Below are positions 10,349 through 16,969 of a stretch of 64,000 bases of DNA, in pieces. The notes beneath the pieces are model-generated. The model ran no database searches. It was not told the DNA's origin and was given only the letters and a program-made list of their open reading frames with translations. The first letter of the stretch is position 1; each line of letters opens with the position of its first letter. Source of the DNA: an uncultured bacterium. Its GTDB lineage: Bacteria; Bacillota; Clostridia; Christensenellales; QALW01. The stretch lies in NCBI GenBank assembly GCA_905214315.1, contig CAJMLN010000003.1, positions 4,137-68,136 on the forward strand, written 5' to 3'. A program made the position numbers and the translations under genes.

Positions 10349-10385
10349 TTGGCAAAGTCCGCTTTTTACGGGCTTTGCCAATTTT
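10349..10385 (+). terminator. intrinsic terminator
   Basis: TTGGCAAAGTCCG-loop-CGGGCTTTGCCAA followed by TTTTG. Confidence 0.7.
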
Positions 10386-10404
10386 GAAAATGTAAAAAAA
10401 ATCG

Positions 10405-10433
10405 TTGACAAAATATCCTTTCAATACTATAAT
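10405..10433 (+). promoter_or_regulatory. consensus sigma-A promoter of the 6-tRNA operon
   Basis: TTGACA (10405-10410), 17-nt spacer, TATAAT (10428-10433), about 30 nt before the first tRNA. Confidence 0.8.
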
Positions 10434-10465
10434 AACACGTGCCTTTGAAAAAGAAGGCCGCATAT

Positions 10466-10539
10466 GCGGGTGTAGTTCAATGGTAGAATCTCAGCCTTCC
10501 AAGCTGATTGCGTGGGTTCGATTCCCATCACCCGCTCCA
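10466..10539 (+). tRNA. tRNA-Gly(UCC)
   Basis: Cloverleaf folded by eye: acceptor GCGGGTG/CACCCGC, anticodon loop CTTCCAA, T-loop GGTTCGATTCC, encoded CCA. Confidence 0.9.
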
Positions 10540-10567
10540 GCCTTTTTAGGCGATGTAAATGTTCTAT

Positions 10568-10644
10568 GCGCCAGTAGCTCAGCTGGATAGAGCAACGGCC
10601 TTCTAAGCCGTGTGTCGGGGGTTCGACTCCCTTCTGGCGCACCA
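10568..10644 (+). tRNA. tRNA-Arg(UCU)
   Basis: Acceptor GCGCCAG/CTGGCGC, anticodon loop CTTCTAA, encoded CCA. Confidence 0.9.
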
Positions 10645-10666
10645 CTTACAGCCAATAAAACACTAT

Positions 10667-10744
10667 GGTGGGTATAGCGCAGTTGGTTAGCGCGCCAGAT
10701 TGTGGCTCTGGAGGTCGTGGGTTCGATTCCCACTACCCACCCCA
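10667..10744 (+). tRNA. tRNA-His(GUG)
   Basis: Extra 5' G(-1) paired to C73, anticodon loop TTGTGGC, encoded CCA. Confidence 0.9.
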
Positions 10745-10753
10745 TTTTTTTGT

Positions 10754-10828
10754 TGGGGTGTAGCCAAGCGGTAAGGCAACGGATTTTGATTCCGTCATGC
10801 GCTGGTTCGAGCCCAGCCACCCCAGCCA
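10754..10828 (+). tRNA. tRNA-Gln(UUG)
   Basis: Acceptor TGGGGTG/CACCCCA, anticodon loop TTTTGAT, encoded CCA. Confidence 0.9.
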
Positions 10829-10849
10829 TTTTTGTATAAAGAAAAGAAT

Positions 10850-10925
10850 GATTCATTAGCTCAGTTGGCAGAGCACCTGACTTTTAATCAGGGTGTCCCG
10901 GGTTCAAATCCCGGATGGATCACCA
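10850..10925 (+). tRNA. tRNA-Lys(UUU)
   Basis: Acceptor GATTCAT/ATGGATC, anticodon loop CTTTTAA, encoded CCA. Confidence 0.9.
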
Positions 10926-10929
10926 TTAT

Positions 10930-11005
10930 GGGAGCATAGCTCAGCTGGGAGAGCATCTGCCTTACAAGCAGAGGGTCATAGGTTCGAGCCCTATTGTTCC
11001 CACCA
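10930..11005 (+). tRNA. tRNA-Val(UAC)
   Basis: Acceptor GGGAGCA/TGTTCCC, anticodon loop CTTACAA, encoded CCA. Confidence 0.9.
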
Positions 11006-11007
11006 TG

Positions 11008-11046
11008 TCGCCATAAGCTGTAGACCGCTTGCGGCGATTTTTTTTA
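11008..11046 (+). terminator. intrinsic terminator of the tRNA operon
   Basis: Imperfect hairpin TCGCCATAAGC..GCTTGCGGCGA followed by a T9 run. Confidence 0.7.
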
Positions 11047-11071
11047 TAAAGTCGCGCTTATTCCACGGTGT

Positions 11072-11177
11072 CTCCTTTTCTGAAAAAGGTCACGCTGCGC
11101 CTTTGCGATTTTAAACGCGCTCACAATACTCCGGTTTGCTGCCAACATAGGGGTTTATTTCCGCCAGCCGAAACGCC
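11072..11177 (+). repeat. tRNA-trailer repeat, copy A
   Basis: Shares ordered blocks with copies B-D: CTCCTTTTC, AAAAAGGTC, TTTAAACGCGCTCAC, TGCCAAC, GCCGAAACGC. Lies just 3' of the tRNA-Val(UAC) terminator, in the same orientation. Confidence 0.6.
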
Positions 11178-11363
11178 GAAATTCTCTTATAGTCCTTAGA
11201 TATATCGGAATGGATTGATCTTGTTGTGGTTTTTTATCAGTTGTGCCCTGTATGCTTCTTAAGCAAAAGATATGCTTGACTACGGCGCTTTTTGCGGTTG
11301 CTTGCTGTAGCTGTCAATCTTTTGCAGCTCAGGCGGAGCGTTAAGTTTTTTATCTTTTAATAT

Positions 11364-11397
11364 TTACGGCAGGCAAGTACAGCCTGCCGTAATTTTT
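11364..11397 (+). terminator. orphan intrinsic terminator (plus-strand sense) with no annotated upstream gene
   Basis: Perfect 11-bp stem TTACGGCAGGC-AAGTACA-GCCTGCCGTAA followed by TTTTT. On the minus strand it would be followed by an A-rich tract. Confidence 0.55.
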
Positions 11398-11492
11398 ACA
11401 GAAGCTTTGCAGGAATAACAGTTAAAATTTTTTTGTGAAAGATAAAAAGGGCCGATGGAAAAGTGCTTGAGAGAATGGGATAAATATATTGC

Positions 11493-11978
11493 TCAGAAAT
11501 TATAAAAATAGCGGGAAGAAAAATATAGGGCAAGGAATGCAACTGCCGCGATAAGACCGACGATAATAACAGTAAAAGCGATATCCGTTGAAATGCTGTT
11601 TTTTTTCGGACGGATCTTGGGCACAGGGTTTGTTTTTTGCTCTTTTTTTTGCGTTTCTGATTTCATGCTTTTCCGCAGCAATGCTAACGGATCCTGCCCA
11701 GAAAGAAGGCGGTTATAAAAGTTTTGTAAGGCTTTTATATCCTGAGGCTGACAAAACGAAAAGCCGCGGGAATCATGTGCAATCTGATTGCGGATCCAGC
11801 GCAGGTGCTTTAGCATTTTATAATCCTCGTCCCAGGCATAAACTCTATATTTTCCCGAGGTGTATTGTTCCATTTGCACAATATATTCACTGACGCCGTT
11901 GCGGCTGGAATATATGTCACGGCAGCAATTATCCAATCTTTTGTACAGCTCAAAAAAATCGTTATCCAAAGCTTGCAT
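11493..11978 (-). CDS. hypothetical tail-anchored membrane protein with HEPN-like RNxxxH motif
   Basis: 161 aa with RBS TGGAGGT. A ~100-aa N-domain that looks helix-forming by eye carries WIRNQIAHD (Rx4H). A Lys-rich linker (KKEQKTNPVPKIRPKKN) follows, then a single C-terminal TM segment (IAFTVIIVGLIAAVAFLALYF). Confidence 0.6.
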   Translation of the reverse strand: MQALDNDFFELYKRLDNCCRDIYSSRNGVSEYIVQMEQYTSGKYRVYAWDEDYKMLKHLRWIRNQIAHDSRGFSFCQPQDIKALQNFYNRLLSGQDPLALLRKSMKSETQKKEQKTNPVPKIRPKKNSISTDIAFTVIIVGLIAAVAFLALYFSSRYFYNF

Positions 11979-12139
11979 TGGCGTACCTCCACAGGAATGT
12001 TTACAGGAATTACGGATGAAACGAAGAGATTAAAAAATATCAGTAAATGTCGTAAGAACATTGAAATAGAGAACTGCACCTGCTGCATTAACAGATTACT
12101 AATAATGTTTAAGATAGAGATTCAGCTTCGCAGAAAGTC

Positions 12140-12213
12140 AGAAATAAGCTGCGTGCCGAAAACCCGTTTGCAAGCAAAAAGTATAGGAAGGTATGTCTTT
12201 TGAAAGAGAGAGG
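12140..12213 (-). repeat. tRNA-trailer repeat, copy D (most degenerate)
   Basis: Minus-strand reading CCTCTCTCTTTCAAAAGAC..GCTTGCAAACGGG aligns with the CTCCTTTTC / AAAAGGTC / GCTTGTAAACGCG blocks. Lies directly 3' of the tRNA-Arg(CCU) terminator. Confidence 0.4.
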
Positions 12214-12223
12214 ATTTTTCGGC

Positions 12224-12262
12224 AAAATAAAAATAAACCGGAGCAAAGCGGAATTGCTCCGG
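12224..12262 (-). terminator. intrinsic terminator of tRNA-Arg(CCU)
   Basis: Hairpin CCGGAGCAA-AGCGGAA-TTGCTCCGG, followed on the minus strand by a T-rich run. Similar in sequence to the hairpin at 14112-14136. Confidence 0.75.
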
Positions 12263-12264
12263 TA

Positions 12265-12341
12265 TGGCGTCCACGAGAGGATTTGAACCTCCGACCTACC
12301 GCTTAGGAGGCGGTCGCTCTATCCAACTGAGCTACGCGGAC
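12265..12341 (-). tRNA. tRNA-Arg(CCU)
   Basis: Reverse complement folds as GTCCGCG..anticodon loop CTCCTAA..TTCAAATCC..CGTGGAC-G-CCA. Confidence 0.9.
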
Positions 12342-12372
12342 GTATTTTTTTTAGCTTTTTTCCGCATTGTGT

Positions 12373-12401
12373 ATTGTACGGTATATCGTTTGATTTGTCA
12401 A
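12373..12401 (-). promoter_or_regulatory. sigma-A-type promoter for tRNA-Arg(CCU)
   Basis: Minus strand: TTGACA, 17-nt spacer, TACAAT, about 30 nt upstream of the tRNA 5' end. Confidence 0.65.
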
Positions 12402-12407
12402 TTGATA

Positions 12408-13391
12408 TTAGATATAGAGGAGCATTGCAACCAGCGGCATGGAGAATAGGGAGCACAAGGTGCTTAAGGCAACCAGCTTTCCGGCATAGGGGGCGTCGCC
12501 GTCATAGAGCTCAGCAAACATAGTGGTGATAGCCGCGGCGGGCGTGGAGGAGAGAATTAGTACTACCGACATGGCGGTTATGTCGGTAAAGATGCCCGCA
12601 AGCATAAGCAATTTCATTACGGCCCACATCAGGGCGGGGAAGAGAAACAGGCGGATCAGGATAAAGGGGTACATATATTTATCTTTTAACATTCCCCGGA
12701 AATTGATATCGGCAAGCCGTGCGCCAATCACAATCATAGAAGCCGGAGCGACAGTATTTTTTAAGACGGTAAGCACATTATAGAATATCTGCACACTTTC
12801 ACTTAAAAGATCGGTATTTCCCGGAGCCAGACGGGCCTGCACCCATCCGCCGGCGCCGGAAAGATAGATTACCAGGCCTATTAAAATAGGAATGACCGCG
12901 GGATTTACTATGATTTCTTTTAAGGAAATGTATTTTTTATCATTGGTGTAGATCAGCCTTCCTAAAGAGAAAGCGAACACATTGAACCAAACGATGTAAA
13001 CCGTTGCGTAGATGGTATATTCTTCACCAAAAACATCGTTGATAACGGGAATGCCCATATATCCCGCATTGGAAAAAATAATGCCAAACTGCAGCACCCT
13101 GCGTATTTTATCCGGAGCTTTTTGAAATAAGCGGCGGGCAAGGATGTAAAAAAGGGAATGGCTGATCAGTGCAAGCAGAAATACCCAGCAGATCCCCTTA
13201 AAGACTTCGGCGTCAAATTCAAGAATAAACCCATGAAGCAGCATCGCTACCTGTGCTACATAGAGAACAAAAACGGAAAGATTTTTTGCAAAACTGTCAT
13301 TGGCAAGTCCGGTTTTACGCAGAATAAAACCCGGTATCATAAAACAAAACAATGTACAAACCGAAATAAACAGCAATGATACTTTGACCAT
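12408..13391 (-). CDS. AEC-family (auxin efflux carrier-like) permease
   Basis: Start MVKVSLLF.. at 13391 with RBS GGAGGG. The track ORF is over-extended into tRNA-Thr. About 10 TM segments, typical of the AEC/malate-permease-like family. Confidence 0.8.
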   Translation of the reverse strand: MVKVSLLFISVCTLFCFMIPGFILRKTGLANDSFAKNLSVFVLYVAQVAMLLHGFILEFDAEVFKGICWVFLLALISHSLFYILARRLFQKAPDKIRRVLQFGIIFSNAGYMGIPVINDVFGEEYTIYATVYIVWFNVFAFSLGRLIYTNDKKYISLKEIIVNPAVIPILIGLVIYLSGAGGWVQARLAPGNTDLLSESVQIFYNVLTVLKNTVAPASMIVIGARLADINFRGMLKDKYMYPFILIRLFLFPALMWAVMKLLMLAGIFTDITAMSVVLILSSTPAAAITTMFAELYDGDAPYAGKLVALSTLCSLFSMPLVAMLLYI

Positions 13392-13404
13392 AATGCCCTC
13401 CGTG

Positions 13405-13434
13405 CAAAAAAGCGCCCCTGAAATTCTCAGGGGC
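13405..13434 (-). terminator. intrinsic terminator between tRNA-Thr and the AEC permease gene
   Basis: Hairpin GCCCCTGA-loop-TCAGGGGC followed by TTTTTT on the minus strand. The T-run ends 13 nt before the permease ATG. Confidence 0.7.
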
Positions 13435-13438
13435 AAAG

Positions 13439-13515
13439 TGGAGCTGATGACGGGAATCGAACCCGTGAGCCTCATCCTTACCAAGGATGCGCTCTACCTA
13501 CTGAGCTACATCAGC
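13439..13515 (-). tRNA. tRNA-Thr(GGU)
   Basis: Reverse complement GCTGATG..anticodon loop TTGGTAA..GGTTCGATTCC..CATCAGC-T-CCA. Confidence 0.9.
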
Positions 13516-13535
13516 AATTTATTAACGACGGTGGT

Positions 13536-13564
13536 ATTATACAACAGACCGTATTTTTTTGCAA
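13536..13564 (-). promoter_or_regulatory. sigma-A-type promoter for tRNA-Thr (and probably the downstream permease)
   Basis: Minus strand: TTGCAA, 17-nt spacer, TATAAT, about 20 nt upstream of the tRNA. Confidence 0.7.
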
Positions 13565-13744
13565 GCGTTTTGTTGATTTTTTTTGCAGAAAGAATCGGGA
13601 TTAAACGATGGATGTAATCCACGGATCTGAATTTGTATCGTTGCCGGCAGCACGAAACCGGTTGTGGCGCAGCGGTTCTTTGCAATAGACGTATTATTTT
13701 TTTCTGAAAAGGTATTTTTTGTAGTGAAATTTAAACTCCCCCGC

Positions 13745-13838
13745 GACTTGCAAAAAGTTGGTAGCGCAGCAGAAGTGTTATGTCCGCGTTTACAAGGACA
13801 TAGCCGCAGTAAGCGTGACTTTTTGCCAAGAGGAGGAA
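13745..13838 (-). repeat. tRNA-trailer repeat, copy B
   Basis: Minus-strand reading TCCTCCTCTTGGCAAAAAGTCACGCT..CTTGTAAACGCGGACAT..GCGCTACCAAC aligns block for block with copies A and C. Confidence 0.55.
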
Positions 13839-13939
13839 TGACGGAGCGGTATAAGAAATCCCCAGCCATTCGGCCGGGGATTTTGAATGGAGCGTAGTCC
13901 ATTCCGACATGTGAGATCCGCATGAAAAAGATATTTTCA

Positions 13940-14060
13940 GCGTTTCGCCGGTGGGGATTGAACTTCTCGCACCAAAACAGGTTGGTAGTGAGCCAGAGGC
14001 GTCGTGAGCGCGTTTACAAGCGAACAGCCGAAGCGAACAGGACCTGTTTTGGAAAAGGAG
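13940..14060 (-). repeat. tRNA-trailer repeat, copy C (longest)
   Basis: Minus-strand reading CTCCTTTTCCAAAACAGGTC..GCTTGTAAACGCGCTCAC..CACTACCAAC..GGCGAAACGC. Lies 3' of the tRNA-Val(GAC) terminator. Confidence 0.6.
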
Positions 14061-14082
14061 GAGCAAGGGAGCGGGCGGATAG

Positions 14083-14111
14083 CTTATTTTTTGTCACAGA
14101 CAAAAAATAAG
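14083..14111. repeat. perfect 13-bp inverted repeat with 3-nt loop
   Basis: CTTATTTTTTGTC-ACA-GACAAAAAATAAG. An AT-rich palindrome immediately next to the tRNA-Val(GAC) terminator. Confidence 0.8.
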
Positions 14112-14136
14112 CCGGAACAAAGCGAACTTTGCTCCG
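14102..14136 (-). terminator. intrinsic terminator of the tRNA-Leu/tRNA-Val(GAC) unit
   Basis: Hairpin CGGAGCAAAG-TTCG-CTTTGTTCCG (one mismatch), followed on the minus strand by CTTATTTTTT. Confidence 0.7.
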
Positions 14137-14139
14137 ACG

Positions 14140-14216
14140 TGGTGAAGACGAGTGGACTTGAACCACCGACCCCTTGCATGTCAAGCAAGTGCTCTGACCA
14201 ACTGAGCTACGCCTTC
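14140..14216 (-). tRNA. tRNA-Val(GAC)
   Basis: Reverse complement GAAGGCG..anticodon loop TTGACAT..GGTTCAAGTCC..CGTCTTC-A-CCA. Confidence 0.9.
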
Positions 14217-14252
14217 TTATAAAAGTAAACGGTATCTTTTGTTCTGCAGATT

Positions 14253-14336
14253 TGGTGCGGGTGACAGGAGTTGAACCTGCACGTAAAAAACACCAGATCC
14301 TAAGTCTGGCGCGTCTGCCAATTCCGCCACACCCGC
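14253..14336 (-). tRNA. tRNA-Leu(UAG)
   Basis: Reverse complement GCGGGTG..anticodon loop CTTAGGA, long variable arm, ..CACCCGC-A-CCA. Confidence 0.9.
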
Positions 14337-14348
14337 GTATCAAATAAT

Positions 14349-14377
14349 ATTATAACATTAGGAAAAGAAATTTGCAA
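14349..14377 (-). promoter_or_regulatory. sigma-A-type promoter for tRNA-Leu/tRNA-Val(GAC)
   Basis: Minus strand: TTGCAA, 17-nt spacer, TATAAT, 12 nt upstream of the tRNA-Leu 5' end. Confidence 0.7.
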
Positions 14378-14484
14378 TCGAAATTTCTTTTTTTTCATTA
14401 AAAGCAGACACGGAAGGGGTTTATTCTGTTGTCAATTTTATAGGAGTGTGCTATACTGGTTACAATAATGACAGGAGTTTTTCA

Positions 14485-15828
14485 ATGAAAGCTTTTAGTT
14501 TAAAATTTTCGTATCCCAAAATAATTTCATTAGGCTTTTGTTTGCTGATATTGTTAGGTGCATTTTTGCTTTCTTTGCCAATTTCATCACGAAGTGGACA
14601 GTTTACTCCGTTTTTAACATCTCTTTTTACCGCCACTTCTGCCACCTGTGTAACGGGTCTTGTAATGGCAGATACTTATACCCATTGGTCTATATTCGGG
14701 CAAACCGTTATCATTGTGCTGATTCAAATTGGCGGTATCGGTTTTATGACGCTGATGACCGCGATTTCTTTAATATTAAACCGGCAGATTACCTTAAAAG
14801 AGCGGACCCTGCTGAAAGATAGCTTTAATACGCCTGACATCAGCGGAATGGTTCGTTTGACCAAGCATATCGTTGCCGGAACGGTCATTATTGAACTGTT
14901 AGGCAGTATTTTGCTTGCTGCTCGCTTTATTCCTCTTTTAGGGCTTGCCCAGGGGCTTTATACAGCGGTTTTTATGTCTATTTCTGCTTTCTGTAATGCG
15001 GGTTATGATATTTTGGGTGAATTTGGGCAATATTCTTCTTTGGTACATTTTTCTGATGATGCACTTATCATTATTACATTATCAATGCTGATTTTGATTG
15101 GCGGTATTGGGTTTATCGTTTGGGATGATATTGTGAAGAATAAATGGCACCTCAAGCGCTACCGTCTTCATTCTAAAATCGTACTGGTTTCTACCGCGAT
15201 ATTGACAATAGGCGGCACATTTCTGTTTTTTATTTTTGAACGTAATGCTACCAATGAAGGCTTGCCTTTTCATCATCAGCTGCTCAATTCTTTTTTCAGT
15301 GCGGTTACTCCGCGTACGGCGGGCTTTAACTCTGTAGATGTTAACGCCCTTACCGGTGTTTCAAAAATGCTCACAATATTATATATGTTTATCGGCGGAT
15401 CTCCCGGCTCCACGGCCGGTGGTGTGAAAACGGTAACAATCGCTGTTATGTTGATTTGCTTAATTAGTAATTTACGCAATAAATCAGGGTATAATGTGTT
15501 CAGAAGAAGACTGCCGTTAAATGTAGTGATCAATGCGTTGTGCGTAATTGTGATCCATCTTACGCTGTCCCTTACCGGTACGCTGCTGATCTGCGCCATA
15601 CAGCCGGAGTTTGCCGTGGGCGACGTGGTATTTGAATGCTTTTCCGCAATGGGTACGGTAGGAATGTCCACCGGCATCACCCGCGATTTAAGTGTTCTTT
15701 CGCAGATTATCGTGATCCTGCTGATGTTCAGTGGGCGCATCGGCAGTTTGTCGTTTGCTATGATTTTTACCGAAAAAAAACAAAAAGACGTTCTTCTTTT
15801 CCCTGAGGAAAAGGTAAATGTAGGATAA
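14485..15828 (+). CDS. ktrB: Trk/Ktr-type potassium uptake membrane subunit (TrkH/KtrB family)
   Basis: Start MKAFSLKF.. after RBS ACAGGAG. Multi-pass membrane protein with repeated pore-loop Gly motifs (e.g. GGSPGSTAGGVKT). Confidence 0.85.
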   Translation: MKAFSLKFSYPKIISLGFCLLILLGAFLLSLPISSRSGQFTPFLTSLFTATSATCVTGLVMADTYTHWSIFGQTVIIVLIQIGGIGFMTLMTAISLILNRQITLKERTLLKDSFNTPDISGMVRLTKHIVAGTVIIELLGSILLAARFIPLLGLAQGLYTAVFMSISAFCNAGYDILGEFGQYSSLVHFSDDALIIITLSMLILIGGIGFIVWDDIVKNKWHLKRYRLHSKIVLVSTAILTIGGTFLFFIFERNATNEGLPFHHQLLNSFFSAVTPRTAGFNSVDVNALTGVSKMLTILYMFIGGSPGSTAGGVKTVTIAVMLICLISNLRNKSGYNVFRRRLPLNVVINALCVIVIHLTLSLTGTLLICAIQPEFAVGDVVFECFSAMGTVGMSTGITRDLSVLSQIIVILLMFSGRIGSLSFAMIFTEKKQKDVLLFPEEKVNVG

Positions 15829-15843
15829 AAAATAGGTGGTAGT

Positions 15844-16491
15844 ATGAAAAATTTTTTAGTGATCGGTATGGGCCGTTTTGGCCAGCATTTAAGTCAAAAA
15901 CTTGCCGAATTGGGCAACGATGTTATGATCGTGGACAAAAGTGAGGAAGCCGTAAACCGGTTGATTGACGTTGTTACCTGTGCCCAGGTAGCAGATTGTA
16001 AAAATGAAGAAGTATTAAAAAGTCTTTCGGTCAACAGCTTTGATATGTGTATTGTATGCATCGGCAATGATTTTCAAAGCAGTTTAGAGATTACCAGTCT
16101 TTTAAAAGATATGGGTGCAAAAGTAGTGATCAGCAAGGCCAGTACAAAAATTCAGGAAAAGTTTTTGCTGCGCAATGGCGCTGACGCTGTGGTCGATCCG
16201 GAAAAAGATCTTGCACACAAGTTGGCGGTACAGTACAGTGCCAGAAATGTATTTGACTATTATCGGCTCTCTAATGATATTGCCATATATGAAACCTGTA
16301 TTCCTAAGGCATGGATTAACAAAAGCCTGAAAGAGATCGATGTGCGGAAAATACATGGAATTAACGTATTGGCTACTAAAAAAAACGGCCAGGTTAAGAT
16401 CGCTGACGTTGATTATAAATTTGGCCCTGAGGATCATGTTCTGATTTTGGGCAATGCGAATAATATTGAAAAATTTACCCGTGGAACATGA
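15844..16491 (+). CDS. ktrA: Trk/Ktr-type potassium uptake NAD-binding (RCK) subunit
   Basis: VIGMGRFGQHL Rossmann GxGxxG and a TrkA-C-like C-terminus. Adjacent to ktrB. Confidence 0.85.
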   Translation: MKNFLVIGMGRFGQHLSQKLAELGNDVMIVDKSEEAVNRLIDVVTCAQVADCKNEEVLKSLSVNSFDMCIVCIGNDFQSSLEITSLLKDMGAKVVISKASTKIQEKFLLRNGADAVVDPEKDLAHKLAVQYSARNVFDYYRLSNDIAIYETCIPKAWINKSLKEIDVRKIHGINVLATKKNGQVKIADVDYKFGPEDHVLILGNANNIEKFTRGT

Positions 16492-16651
16492 ATAGATTTA
16501 TTTAAAGTAGGTGTTTTCAGCAAAAAATAGATAGTAATCAATGAGTGAGATATAGAATAACTTATATCGGACAAAATATGATATACAAAACTCATATTTA
16601 CCCTGGGACATGCCATATAATATCCTAATAGAAAGGCAAGGGGGATATTAT

Positions 16652-16969
16652 ATGTATGAAGACTTTTTTGCACAAAGACTTGCGAAACTGCGGCTACAAA
16701 AAAATGTTTCTGCCCGGGAAATGAGCCGGTCAATTGGATTGAACGAAAGCTATATCAACCGGATTGAAAACGGGAAAGCGTTTCCTAAAATGCAGGTGTT
16801 TTTTTATATTTGTGAATATTTAAATATAACGCCTGAGGAATTTTTTGCCCAGGAAAATGAAAATCCCGAGCGCGTCCGTAAAATTATAGAGAAGCTAAAA
16901 AGGCTCAACAGCGTTCAACAGGAAAGCGTTGAAAACATTATTTTGGCCATGGAGGCAAAGCGAAAATAG
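16652..16969 (+). CDS. XRE-family helix-turn-helix transcriptional regulator
   Basis: LAKLRLQKNVSAREMSRSIGLNESYINRIENGK HTH. ATG at 16652 follows RBS AAGGGGGA. Confidence 0.8.
   Translation: MYEDFFAQRLAKLRLQKNVSAREMSRSIGLNESYINRIENGKAFPKMQVFFYICEYLNITPEEFFAQENENPERVRKIIEKLKRLNSVQQESVENIILAMEAKRK

Noticed and set aside
10405-11114. Track ORFs of 61-121 aa overlapping the plus-strand tRNA operon
   Set aside because: They are translations of tRNA genes and spacers. The cloverleaf structures and anticodons account for the sequence.
11253-11342. 29-codon ORF MLLKQKICLTTALFAVACCSCQSFAAQAER resembling a lipoprotein signal peptide
   Set aside because: No RBS, and it terminates right after the signal-like segment. 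Most likely a remnant or a chance occurrence.
13951-13974. Plus-strand string GTGGGGATTGAACTTCTCGCACCA, resembling a tRNA T-arm plus acceptor 3' end (..CGCACCA); a possible att-site-like tRNA fragment
   Set aside because: The putative T-stem does not base-pair (GGGG versus TTCT). The equivalent part of repeat copy A lacks the resemblance, and no matching full tRNA 3' end is present. Kept only as a weak idea inside the repeat finding.
13537-14343. Track ORFs of 62-128 aa in the 13.5-14.3 kb region, including repeated CKRAH..LPT-like peptide strings
   Set aside because: The apparent peptide similarity simply reflects the nucleotide repeat copies B and C, read in different and interrupted frames. 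There are no RBSs, and some of these ORFs overlap tRNA-Val and tRNA-Leu.
14378-14484. Checked for a c-di-AMP (ydaO-type) riboswitch upstream of ktrB
   Set aside because: The leader is only about 50-100 nt and lacks the conserved ACGGGGA/CCCA pseudo-symmetric elements. Only a promoter-like TTGTCA-17-TATACT was seen.
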